Assembly: GCA_021432655.1 (NCBI GenBank)
Contig: MU271558.1
Coordinates: 1-42,058, forward strand
Length of the DNA stretch: 42,058 nucleotides
Direction of reading: 5' to 3'
From: Atractiella rhizophila
Lineage: Eukaryota
Within the stretch, counting starts at the first letter, position 1. Each line of letters begins with the position of its first letter. Positions 1 through 11,006 of this stretch are shown in pieces. The notes below the pieces were generated by a model that had not been told where the DNA came from, searched no databases, and saw nothing but the letters and a program-made list of their open reading frames with translations. The position numbers and the translations under genes were made by a program.

Positions 1-95
1 CCCTAACCCTAACCCTAACCCTAACCCTAACCCTAACCCTAACCCTAACCCTAACCCTAACCCTAACCCTAACCCTAACCCTAACCCTAACCCTA
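1..95 (+). repeat. Telomeric repeat tract (CCCTAA)n, left chromosome end
   Basis: 15 perfect CCCTAA units plus a partial CCCTA from base 1, in left-telomere orientation. Confidence 0.98.
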
Positions 96-826
96 CGGCA
101 GAGTTGAGAGTGCCTCCATCTCCAGCTATGAGGTGCTCCATGAAGGTCGTCTGCTTGTTCGAGGCCAAGGTGGAGAAACCAAGACCGATCAATCCATCCT
201 CCACTTCGCTCTCCAGCTGTTCTGAAGCGATGTTTGCGAGCGAGAAGCCTTGACTGGGAATTGTAAAACCAGCTATGCTGAGGGTGTCCTGAGCCACGAA
301 ACCAGTTACCGTCGTTCCGTCACCGTACGTTATGTCCCAGGGAGTCGTGCTGCCGACAAAGCTGGAGGAGGCTGAACTGTTAAATTTGGGATGCTTCATT
401 GAATTGGAATCAGGGCCATAAACCGATAAGTCGGCTGATCCAGCTTTACATCACGAGGTTTAGCTGCGCTCCCACAATAGTTTATGAAACGAACTATCAA
501 ACTGGAGCGTGAAGCTTTGACCAGGAGTCCCCAATTCGATTTGACCAAGGTAGATTCCTACATGTTACATCAGCTCCAAGTTCTCAAACAGAGGGAAGGA
601 AGGACAAACCGTCGAGCGGAGCGCCATTTATGAACTCTTCCTGTCCGTCTGCCCGCTTTGAGAACCCCAGCCTGCGACGTTCATTGGACTCTGATGGTTT
701 GATGTGCTTGGTTAGGGAGACGACGTTGAGTCCCCTCTTCTGCCCCTTTTCACGTTGCGATGACAGGTGAGGAGGAAATGTGGCTGAAGTGCCCATGACA
801 AGGAGCAAAAGTGCCATTGTGGCCAT
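96..826 (-). pseudogene. Secreted pepsin-like (A1) aspartic protease, 3'-truncated by the telomere
   Basis: Signal peptide MATMALLLLVMGTSA and a propeptide ending KR. Splicing GT-AG introns 609-558 and 494-444 gives YLGQIELGTPGQSFTLQFDTGSADL...FNSSASSSF...ITYGDG...DGLIGLGF. The first catalytic DTGS is present. The C-terminal lobe with the second Asp and the stop codon are absent because the frame runs into TTAGGG. Confidence 0.93.
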
Positions 827-1639
827 CTAACTTGAATAATGAGACTGAGACAACAAAGGAAGTCTTGGTAGGATCCTGAAGAGAGGATTCGAGTATTTGT
901 CGAAGTGGTTGAAAAGTTAAGGGGAAGTTACGAACGGAGGGAATGAAGCTTGGAATTCGCCCAAGGGGAAGTCAAATTTATGTATGACCTTTCCGGGCTT
1001 TCTCTGTAAATAGTGGCCGCCTAGGTGGTGGGAGTTGGTCGGTTATAAAAGAGGTCAATTTGATCTTATTCTTGCTCTCAAAACTGAAGCGTAAAACCAT
1101 TCGTCCGCCTTCACAAACCCTCCTTTGCAATTTGGAACTTGAACTTGGAGTTGAGAAGCCGTCACAATTAAGAGTAGAAATAAAGTCAATTTATTGATCG
1201 AAGGGAGTGCGAAAGAATTAAAAGAATGGAGATACAACAGCAACAGGGCAACAGAAGAGGCAAACTGGTCGCGCCGACAGTGTTCGCCTTTACTCCTTTA
1301 CTTCACATTTCTTTACGCTTTACGGTACTGGTATTTTACTAGTAAAGCACCTTGCCTTCCAGTTTTACTGGTATTTCTGCGTTGTTCTTCAATAAAATAA
1401 TGAAACATTTCTTTTTGTTTCCAAGAAACTGTTATCTTTTATTTTTTTGCATAGGAGTGAATCCACCTTTCCGCAAGTATGGACAGAACGCATGGAATGA
1501 TAAGACAAGGAATCAGATGCGATATTTACCTTGTTATTGTTATTTCAGGTCAACGTCGCTCCACATTCTGGGGAATGATCGGTAGAAAACCAGGCAAACT
1601 GGTCGCCCCGTTTAAGCACTGAAGAACAACTGACATTGC

Positions 1640-1991
1640 ACTGTGGAATTTTCAGTCAGTTTTGGCGGACTGAAATTTGATCGCGCAGTGATTGACTATG
1701 GACTATTGACGGAACTGCCTGAACATTGACTGAAGTCTGTTTTCATAGAGCCTGAAGGAGTGCTGATTTCACTACTCCAAAAAGATGCAATACAATGATA
1801 GGACCCCATCTCACTTTAGCTCTCTGAGGATGAGCCAGATTTCTTTGTGCATAGCAAAGATCTGAGTAGCGATATGCTAGGATCCTTCCGCTCAAAGTGT
1901 GACCTGCTTTTTGAGGGTTGCTGCAAGCCTGCGCGATTATTCATCGTTCTCCCAAATTTCGCTATACTTATCTGCAGTGGACTGAAATTGG
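1640..1991. repeat. Degenerate inverted-repeat element (possible non-autonomous transposon relic)
   Basis: TTTCAGTC (1650-1657) pairs with GACTGAAA (1668-1675) within a longer imperfect hairpin. GACTGAAATT recurs at 1980-1989. No coding potential seen. Confidence 0.25.
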
Positions 1992-2366
1992 TTTCAAATT
2001 AGGATGAGAACAATATGACATAATGCTGCCATTTGTGAAGATCCCCTGCTGTGATGCATGATGTTTTGCAAAGAATTTAGCGCAGCAGAAGTATTCGGCT
2101 GGTAGGGTCAAGGAAGGATCATCGGAGGATGACTTTGGCCTCGATCCTGTCCCGGTGAAGAGTGGCTTGTAAGAGTAGGAAAACGAAACTTGGAAGAGCA
2201 GAGGGACGGGTGGGTCAGTTGAAGCGTTCCGTTTTCAAAGTCACCGAGTGTTAGGTCTTTGAACTGTAGCGCAGCGGTCGTCTTCCTCGTCAAAGATTTC
2301 TCGACTAGATTGCAGAAGTTTGAAAGTGTAACCAGTGTGACATTATTCACTAATAGAATAGTTCAC

Positions 2367-4521
2367 TCACTTCGAACAAGGAACTTTGCGCCGTCGGTCG
2401 TTTCTTTTCCACTTCTCATCTTGCAAGGCGCGCTCCAGTTCGCTTCGAACGTAGTCGTGAAATTGAAACAGATTCCATGCTTTCTCCTGCTCAGTGAGCT
2501 CGTTCTCCATCGATTTCACCGCCTCTGGGTCTTCACCATCCAATTCCATCGCTGCGAACGCCATCAGCATCTTTTTCAATGACTCTGTGTCTTCATCATC
2601 CAACACAGACCCTGGGGCTTCATCTTCTTTGGCTTTAGCTATACGATCGAGCGCCACTTGGAATTCGACTGCTGTGGATAGCGTGTCCAGCAGACGGATG
2701 ATGAGTCCTCGTAAGGTAGGGGGTATAACCGCAAAATTTCTCGCTTGGTTTATCAAACCAAATTTTGACACCCAGGCATCTTGGTTATTCTCTTTGCGGT
2801 CGAATGTTTTGAGGTATGACCTTCGCTCTTGTTCGGTCAGTCGAACTGGGCCACAATTCACCGTTAACCAAAGGAGCACGTAAACGAAAGATTCAATATC
2901 GTCGGCGACACAATGTTTCACCCTAGGTTTTTGTATGAGTCGAAGGGACAAGAACTGATAAGTACCCTAAATTTCCATTTAAATGAAATTATAGCAGATC
3001 GTGGTGATGTTCACACTTACGGTTCGTTCGCGCAGCCGCGCTGACACATCGTCGATGCCCTTTGCAAATTCCCAGTCTATAAGCATTCCTCGCGCTTCCC
3101 CGCCTTCGGTTCGTAACAGCAGTACATTCCCAACAGAGACATCTCGATGGAGCAAGTTAGCAAGCTGGACAGCCTGTTGGTGTGCTGCAATCCAAGTCAT
3201 TCATCGTGAAGAGAAGAACTGGAAACAGACCTGTGAAAGCATCCAACAGAACCCTCACCAGCTCCCAACTCGATCTGAAGTTGGACAGCGGTTCTCCCAC
3301 CTCGTTCAGGACAATCCTATAATGCTTCATTCTGAACCCGCCCGCTCCAATCGCTTTCCTGCAAAGGATTCTTGGTCTCCACGTCCTGATCAACGAGAAC
3401 AGTGGCGATATTTGGGATTTTTCTGTCGTGCAGATGGGCATATATGGTTCCTTCCTTCTGGTACTCCATCTTGCGCCATGTATCCTTCAGCAAGACGATT
3501 TCCTTCCTTTTGAACAAATACGCGCGGTAACATTTCGTTCCACGCCCAACCGCCAAAAAATGACTGCTTGTGAAGGGCTGGGAAATATAGAAGCTCTCCC
3601 TGCCCACCCAAACCTTGAAAAGAGAGTGTCGTCATCTACCTGGAGAAACCTCCTCGCTTCTTTTGCTGCAGAATCACCGCCAGCCGTTGTAAAGGTCAGG
3701 TCATAGCCCTCTTCGTTCGGGAGGAGCGTGAGTGTAGCGGTCGATGTAATCGGATAACGAGTTGTCAAACCTAACGTCGAAGCTACGCGACACTTTCGAT
3801 CCTGCGCGAGAGTGAACAATGAGGCGGCGCGAAGGCGCCATGGAGAGAAAAAGAGAAGACACGAGTGCGATGTTGTAATGTCTGGATAACCGTATTGTAA
3901 ACGGTAATTTGGCCTCGGATATCTCGTGCAACTTTAGAGTCCCGTTCGAAAGGAGAGCGTTTGGAGTCGAAAGCATCAAGTATTTTCTCTGTTTTGAGCT
4001 CTGCAAACATGTCGACATCTCGCATACTGTTTCCTTCCACCGCGACCCGCTTCCGCCGAATACAACACCAGGTCAGGTTTTACCGCAGTATAGTTGTAAA
4101 CAGGATGTATTGTCTTGTCGGGGAGCGCAGAAGTGTCGACCCAGTGCCAATCACGAGCGAGGTAGCGGTCTAAGCCAGTGATCTACACTACTTCTCAACG
4201 CAGCCCAATCACCTCAGGGTTTTGAACACTAACTACTTGAGAATATAGCTCGCTTTCATTGGAAACTGGTAAAGAGATTTGGATAGGGCGAGGAGGTGGT
4301 CGCGATTCCGAGTATTCCTCTGGTTTTGGTGCAGGGAGCATCTTAAGAATTTCCTCAACGGAAACCTCTTCAAACTTTCCACGCACATCGCGCTCTGCGA
4401 GTACATAGGCGTGCTCTGCATTGGAGGACAGGGAGAAAGGTGCGGTCGCGTTGTCTGAGTAGTGATGCGGCGTGCTGGGAGGCTCTAGTAACGCCTTCGA
4501 TGAAGCCTGATTCGAAGGCAT
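2367..4521 (-). pseudogene. Fungal-type protein kinase (FunK1/Pkinase_fungal), frameshifted as given
   Basis: Motifs KPDLVLY, RGQITVY...QHRTRVFS, VGRGTKCY, LLKDTWR, HYRIVL, HRDVSVGNVLL, IDWEFAK, RT|GTYQFLS and DDIESFVYVL. Three introns (4233-4183, ~3230-3186, ~3020-2968). At least five frame changes are needed in exon 2. Confidence 0.88.
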
Positions 4522-4562
4522 GATGGTGGCTATGGTGGCTGGTCGCTGGTGTTGACATTTCT

Positions 4563-4575
4563 GGTTAGGGTTAGG
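4563..4575 (+). repeat. Interstitial telomere-like seed GGTTAGGGTTAGG
   Basis: 13-nt match to the TTAGGG repeat, about 40 nt upstream of the kinase ATG. Confidence 0.5.
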
Positions 4576-5234
4576 AAGAAGACAAACAACACGCGGGTTA
4601 CTCCTAGTTAATTGGGCGAGAGTTGAATTCTGTCTTGCTAAAAGAGAAGAGGAGGCAGAATGGGATGTCTTTTTGTCTGAGAGACCTCGAGACAAGTCGA
4701 CACATCAAGAGATCATGAGCTACCGTTCAAGAGAGGGCGAAAAAGGTTTCTGAAAAAGTTTTCTCGATTTGGGTAAGGCGTAGCCTTACCTACAAGTCTC
4801 TCCTAAATCAAGCTTTAGGTCTGTTTAACAAAGTGAATCAGGGATGGGACAGATAAAGACAGATAAAGACTTACCAGACGACCAAGACCATGGAATCTTT
4901 GACGATAAAATCTGCTGTGGCAATTTTTCCATGTTTGAGGGGGGCATACATGGAGAGGAGTGACGCTTGACAATGCTCAGCCTTTCGGCTCGCGTCATGA
5001 CAAGAAGGTGCGAAGTTCATATCACTCTAAATCGAAACAGGACATTGAACGAATAATCAGGGACAGGGTAGGAATCGATAAGGGAGTCAGGAAGCGGGTG
5101 TTCACCCAACACGCCGACGAAGTGACTATCCCATCCATCCATCCATCTTGTTCAACCTATCACACCTCACAAGCTCACCTTCCTCGCCTCGTCTGTGCAC
5201 ACCGAGCCTTCCCACGCGTACTATTTAGGACACA

Positions 5235-5402
5235 ATGCGGTTAGACACATACCTACTCGGTCTTAGTATCGTCGTTGTCGTCCGGGGGGGCAAGGCCAAG
5301 CGACCCCTCGATCAATCAAGGAGCCCCGCTGCTCATCCCGCCTATTCTTCCGTAGCCAACTTTCTCAGATTTCAATGCGATCCCCTCACCTACGTCTCCT
5401 AG
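5235..5402 (+). CDS. Possible small secreted protein (or first exon of one)
   Basis: ATG ORF MRLDTYLLGLSIVVVVRGGKAKR... with a hydrophobic N-terminus followed by a dibasic KR. Downstream exons not resolved. Confidence 0.25.
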   Translation: MRLDTYLLGLSIVVVVRGGKAKRPLDQSRSPAAHPAYSSVANFLRFQCDPLTYVS

Positions 5403-6318
5403 CCCTTTCCTGTCGAGGGGCTGAAACCCTCACGATAGCCCGCCGCCTCGTTTCAGAACGAAGCGGACAGAGTCCAAGTCAATCCTGACACTGTTGCCCT
5501 TGGTTTCAGGAGCGGAAAGGAGACGGTGAAGGTAGAACAAGATGTGAAGGAGCCATGAACCGACCTGAAAGCTTCCCTGTTGGCATCAAAGAGGAGATAG
5601 CTTCCCAGGGTGGAAACTATGTCCACATCACGTCAGAAGATAGGAAAGGTGAACTCATTGCCATGTCTGATGCCCTTGAAAAACAGCGCGGAAACGTTTT
5701 GTGTGGGTCAGATGTGAGTCTCATTTCTGGCTGAGAAAGTAAGGATCCTCTATCATCCAAGAGGCTCTATCGAAAGAGGGAGACCATTTCCCTTAGTCAG
5801 AGCATGAAGGAAACCCTCTCTCTAGCCTCTCATGGAACGGCCGGATTTCTCCAACTCCCACCTCCCAAAAAAGCCCAACTCCACTCCGAATGAACCTCCA
5901 GCACTTTGCAATCCTGGAAGCCAAACCCCGGGTACAATAACACAACGGCGCCAGCTTCGTCGAGATCTCCCTGCGATGCTGCCAAGTGTAAGCTGCAGTG
6001 CTTCTTCAATGTGGGCTTTTGAATGTGGTAAAGGCTTGGATGAAAGGGACCTCTTTTCGGGTTATCCCTCGTCCTCTCACTCCTCTTCTCGCTCTCGCTC
6101 TCTGCAATGGACTCGGAGCAAGACGTCACTATTAGCGTATTAGCGTGAGTGATCCAGACGACGAGGGAGCCAATACACAATAAATGGGCATGTAGATAAT
6201 GCTATGTACGAGAAACCCTTGACTGATTGAAGGTGAAACCAACTGTCAGGGAAGGTCTAATAGAAAAGCAAATGTGAAAAGAGACACTCATGAATTGCAC
6301 CGTGGCTGGGTTATAACG

Positions 6319-6621
6319 CTACCGACTGCGAGAGTCTAGCTCCTTTTGATATTTCTCCTCCGCCTCCTCAATCAGTCCTGCCAGCACAGCCTGATAAACG
6401 CTCGCATATTGTCTTAAGTTCGCAACACGCTCATCGGTTACTCTCCACCCTATCACTATGGCAAGTGAGTTCTCGTCTGCTGCCCCAAAACTGCGGGGAG
6501 TATGTGTCAGCGGAGCTTCAAAGGACAAAGAGAGAAGCTGTTGCCCCAGTGGGATGGACCGGAGCAGAAAGACGAGGTTAGTATAGTTCCGGCTAGTAGG
6601 AGAAGTAGAATTGACATCCAT
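6319..6621 (-). CDS. Hypothetical protein (~100 aa)
   Basis: ATG-started part of the 6319-6792 ORF (MDVNSTSPTS...EEKYQKELDSRSR) with protein-like composition. No family recognised. Confidence 0.3.
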   Translation of the reverse strand: MDVNSTSPTSRNYTNLVFLLRSIPLGQQLLSLSFEAPLTHTPRSFGAADENSLAIVIGWRVTDERVANLRQYASVYQAVLAGLIEEAEEKYQKELDSRSR

Positions 6622-6931
6622 GGTGTTAGCCAAACGGGGAGGGAGGGAGGAGTGCCGGGGAGGAGTGCCGCTGTATGCGCGGAGAAAACAGCTGTCAGAA
6701 TGGAATCTATCACCATGAAGCTGCCCGTACGTCCCCAAGCTGACAATGCACGAAGATGGGTTCAGGCTTTGATGGCGCGATGTCCGAGTCATAGTCCTGT
6801 TGTAACTTGTTCTTGAAGATGTTGGTTCGCTTCTCTGCGGATTTGATCTTGGGCATTCCGCTCATCAACCTTCATCAACGAAACACATTGACCAGCATTC
6901 GGAAAACTCTTGTACGCTACTCCTTCCAAGC

Positions 6932-7363
6932 ATGGCATCTCCCTCTCCTCCGTCCACCACAACCCTCGTCATCAACCCATCCCCACCGACTCCCCCGAAC
7001 CCTGTCCTCGTCTCACCCTCCAACCCCGACTCGCCGGCGCCTCTCCTCACACCCCAATCACCTTCCACTGAGCCGAAACTCTTCGACGTCTCTCTCGGCG
7101 AGGCTATGCAGGACTCATGGTTGACTTTCAAGGAAGTGGCGAGCGAGGATGCTAAGAATTTGAGGAGACTCTGGACAAAGATTGGGGGCGGAATCAGGGC
7201 AGGGAGGGCGTTCAGTCTCACTTCTACTTCTGCTTCTACAGGAGGCAGGACCACTGGGGATCAAGCTGCGAGGGAGGAAAGAGAGAAGGAGCGAGAGCAG
7301 GAGAAGAGGAACGAGGAGATGTTTTCTTTCGAGCACGTCTACGACTTCTCTTCCACTTACTGA
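6932..7363 (+). CDS. Hypothetical Pro/Ser-rich protein
   Basis: 143-aa ATG ORF with a Pro-rich N-terminus and charged C-terminus. The 3' end may be altered by an intron near 7337-7378. Confidence 0.5.
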   Translation: MASPSPPSTTTLVINPSPPTPPNPVLVSPSNPDSPAPLLTPQSPSTEPKLFDVSLGEAMQDSWLTFKEVASEDAKNLRRLWTKIGGGIRAGRAFSLTSTSASTGGRTTGDQAAREEREKEREQEKRNEEMFSFEHVYDFSSTY

Positions 7364-7875
7364 TGTGGTGCGGAACAGCTATGACACCGAGTTGAAAAAC
7401 GAGACGAACGTCGCTTCGAGCAACCCTTCGTACCGTGAAGAGAGCGATACAGAAACTGCGAGCGTCACGTCACCCTCTTCCCCTTCCAGCTCGTCCTCTA
7501 AGATCTGAGTACTGTCTTGTCCTCTGCAATTCGCTGTCTGTCTTGCCGCTACAAGTCAGAGTTCTTCCTCATCGAAGTGTCAGTTCGACTCTCAATGTCA
7601 AAATAACAACATCGGCATGTCTCCATCTTGTGCTGAACGAAAAGAAGATTGTGGTAAAGGAGTTAGGTGCGAATTGTAACCTGTCAGAGTTACCTTGTTG
7701 GTTTGAAGTGGTTGTCAGTATGCTATGGACGCTTTTCTGGACTTTGGCTCTCTTGCTTGTTATCCCCGCTTTCGTTGTGCATCCTTCTTGGCGATCTGAA
7801 GCAATACCATATCATATCTGTGCCTATCAATCTACACATCCGGCCTAGAGCTTGTGATGCGACCCCAAATGCACA

Positions 7876-9356
7876 TCAACCCAACTTCAAACACCCCGTC
7901 TTCAATCCCTCACCGCCGTATCCTGCCACGCGCCGCGCCAACTCCGCCTTCCTCCTGCCCGCGGCTTCCGCCTCGCTCGTCAGCTCGTACGTGGTTGCGA
8001 GGTTAAAGAGGAGGGCCTCAGTGGAGAGGAAGGAGGAGGGGGAGCGATCAAGGATGGTGTGTAGGATGTTAGATGTGGATGACAGACGACCGTGGAAAAG
8101 GTGGGTCACCGACAAGTTATTCGCCGCCTGTCATCGTCGTCATCCACATTGTTTCATGGTGGAACACAGGAGGACGGAGGAGGGAAACTTACCACGTAAT
8201 CGGTAGGATCGAGCGTCAAGCATTCCCTCCAACACCCCTCGGATTCCGTCCACTCAGCCCTCGCCGCGTGGAGTAAGCCTCTGGCGACCAGCTTCGTCCT
8301 CTTCAGCTCTTTTTCTTCTTCTCCATCCCCTCCTAAGGTCTCTAGAGAAGGGGATGAAGAAACTCGGAGGTTCTCGATCTGATCGAGGATGGATGTGGCG
8401 CGGTTTAAGTTCCCGGTGGTAATGCTTAGACGGAGGAGGGAGAGCAGGGTTGGCGCGGTTGGCGGAAGGGAAGATAACAGAGAGGAGGCCGAGGCATAAT
8501 CCTTTCATCAATCTCTCGTCAGTTTCACGCTTCGAGTCTTACCAAAAAAGTGAAGGGGACAAAGGAGGACAAACCCGCATTTGGATCAAAAGTCCAACGA
8601 CCTCAAATACCAATCTCGTCCCTCGCTCTTCCCAGATCGGATCTGTACCTTCGAGCGCGGCGCAACGGCGTATGAGGACGGAGAGGTTGGAGATAGCATC
8701 CGGAGGGCTGTTCTTCAAAGCAGGCAGACGAGCAAAAAAGACCTGATGGACACAGGATCAGCATTTGTGCGTTGATCGGAGGGAAGAAAAGGAGAGCAGA
8801 CGAGGAGTGGAAAGGAGAGGGTGAGGGAGATGGTATCTAACGGGGGAAGTAGAGCTTGTAAGGAGGACGCTTCGGATAGGAGGTGAGCTGAGAGACGGAG
8901 TCGGAGGAGGGAGAGGAGTCGGAGGTGCCACCACTGTTTCGATTGTGTTAACGCGTCAAATCGCGAGGGCTGTAATATGAACCTGACAGAGAGTAACGAC
9001 CTACTTCGAGTATTTCTGTGGTGTGAGTTGCATCTGAATCCACTATCTTCTCCCTTGCATATTCCGCCACAGCTCTCCAGCGGTTCTCAGCCTAGCAGAA
9101 GTGTCATTGATCGACATCCCAAAGCACAGAAACATACGATCAATCTCTCTAACGGCAGTCCATTTGAGCTCCCACTAAGGTCTCTCTGCGGTATCTGTCC
9201 CGGTGCGACGTGTCTTTGAAGTATGGAAGTGAGAGGGTCTGTGGACGGGAGCGAAGAGGAGCCAGATGAGTCGCGGTGGAAGAGTGACGAGGATGTCAAC
9301 CCTGGGATGTATGTATCTTCTGGCTGTGGAATCGTAGAGATGGACAGTGGAGGCAT
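7876..9356 (-). CDS. TRAPPC12: Trafficking protein particle complex subunit 12 homolog (TPR protein)
   Basis: Spliced translation includes DPLTSILQRHV, WWHLRLLSLLRLR, AANNLSVTHLF and C-terminal LLFNLATTYEL...RKAELARRVAGYGGEGLKTGCLKLG, resembling the TRAPPC12 C-terminus. Five GT-AG introns. Confidence 0.85.
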
Positions 9357-9485
9357 CGAGCTTGCTTATGTAAATCCTGTCTTCCAACCTATGAGTCACA
9401 AGTGGTAGTTTGTGACAACATCCGGTTTGGACTTGGCGACAAGTGCAGAGGTCACAAAACCGATAAACAAAGTCAGTGACCATTT
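9357..9485. promoter_or_regulatory. Very short bidirectional promoter between TRAPPC12 and the MscL-like gene
   Basis: Only 129 bp separate the two divergent ATGs. Confidence 0.6.
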
Positions 9486-10228
9486 ATGATGGCAGAGCCA
9501 GAACGCGATCCCGATGAGGAGACGCCGCTGTTGGCACCACACTCTCCCGCTTCCATCATTCGTCGGGTTAGGTCCGTTTGGAAGGATTTCATCGGTTAGT
9601 GCCAGTGCTTCCTCCTCTTTACTCTCAAGCACTGCAGCTAATAAGATCCACAAAAAGATTTCGTCGCTTCAGATAATGTCCTTCAAGTAGCCGTCGGTCT
9701 TATAATCGCTCAAGGGTTCACTTCCGTCGTCAATTCAGTCGTCACTGACCTGCTCCTGCCTCTCATCTCCCTCTTGCCTTTCATCCAAAAAAACTTCGCC
9801 CAGAAGTTTTTGGTTCTTCGATATGTGCGTTTCCTACTTTCTCCTTTACAATAAGCATCCTTGTCCGCTGAAAGAGGAGTTCTGTCAGGGTCCGCATCCT
9901 CCATACAACACTGTGGATCAAGCGCTTGAAGACGGTGCCGTGGTCATGACGTATGGGTACGTTTTCTCTTACACCTTTCGAGACAAAAGAATTGACTTGA
10001 ACAATCGAAAACAGAGCCTTCATAAGCAACGTCGTTAACTTTTTCTTTCTCGGTGTCTTCCTCTTTTCCGTCGCCCACCTCTACACCTTCTTCACCAAGA
10101 AACCCATCATCTCGCATACGGTTCGTTGTGAGTATTGTCGGAAGTACGTGTCTACCAAGGCCAAGCGATGCTTCAATTGTACCAGCTGGTTGGACGGAAG
10201 GGAAGAGAAAGCGACCAGTGCTAGGTAG
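9486..10228 (+). CDS. Fungal MscL-like large-conductance mechanosensitive channel homolog with C-terminal Cys4 ribbon
   Basis: Not in the ORF track as a whole. Splicing three introns gives WKDFIDFVASDNVLQVAVGLIIAQGFTSVVNSVVTDLLLPLI (MscL TM1), YGAFISNVVNFFFLGVFLF (TM2) and CEYC...CFNC. Confidence 0.88.
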
Positions 10229-11006
10229 TCAAGCTGTTCTCAGTTTCTTTTGCGTGCATCTGTGAATCTACGTCATGGACTCTTGGGTCGGAAGTTCAGC
10301 ATGCCGTTTCTGTCCGCAATGTTGCAACACCGGATGTGCAGTGGTTCACAAGCTAATTCTGTCAGCAAGACTCTTCTTATACACCGCCCTTTCTTCTTTC
10401 AGTAATTAGTAACAATTTATGCACTGACAGGATTCGTCCCTGTTGAGATTTGAAAGCGGAAGGTCGAGTATTGTCACCTCACAGCAATGGCAGGCGCAAA
10501 CGCGCATGCAAAACTTGAGATTGGATGATAAAAATCTCTTAACGTTAGAAACAGAGGTTGACAACGAGGTATGAAATTGTCGAAACCTGAAGCCCATTCC
10601 ATTGGTCTAACGGAGCTGTCCTTGCGTTCTCTCTGCTCGACACTACTGTGATGCAACATTTGAGCGCGCGAAAGAGGCAGTAAATTGAGTGTCCATATGA
10701 AATTAGCAGGAAATATTATAGGCTCTTTCCAAAATCAAACCTAACGCTCGCAGGGTTTTAAGGTCCATTTATAGTACTAGTGAGCGACTTGATGAGAATT
10801 ATAATACTTCAGAAAGCATAACCCAGTTTCTCGCCAGATTCGACGAGCCCATTGTCCCTCAATAAGCTAGCACGTACACTCGTGGAGTCATGAATCCAGC
10901 AACGAAGTCTACTTACAGACCGTATGCAGCTTATTGCGTTCGTGTACGTATATCCTTGAAGGAGAGTAAAAGTTGAGAAAGCTGCTCAGCAGTCCGTCTC
11001 GCTCGA

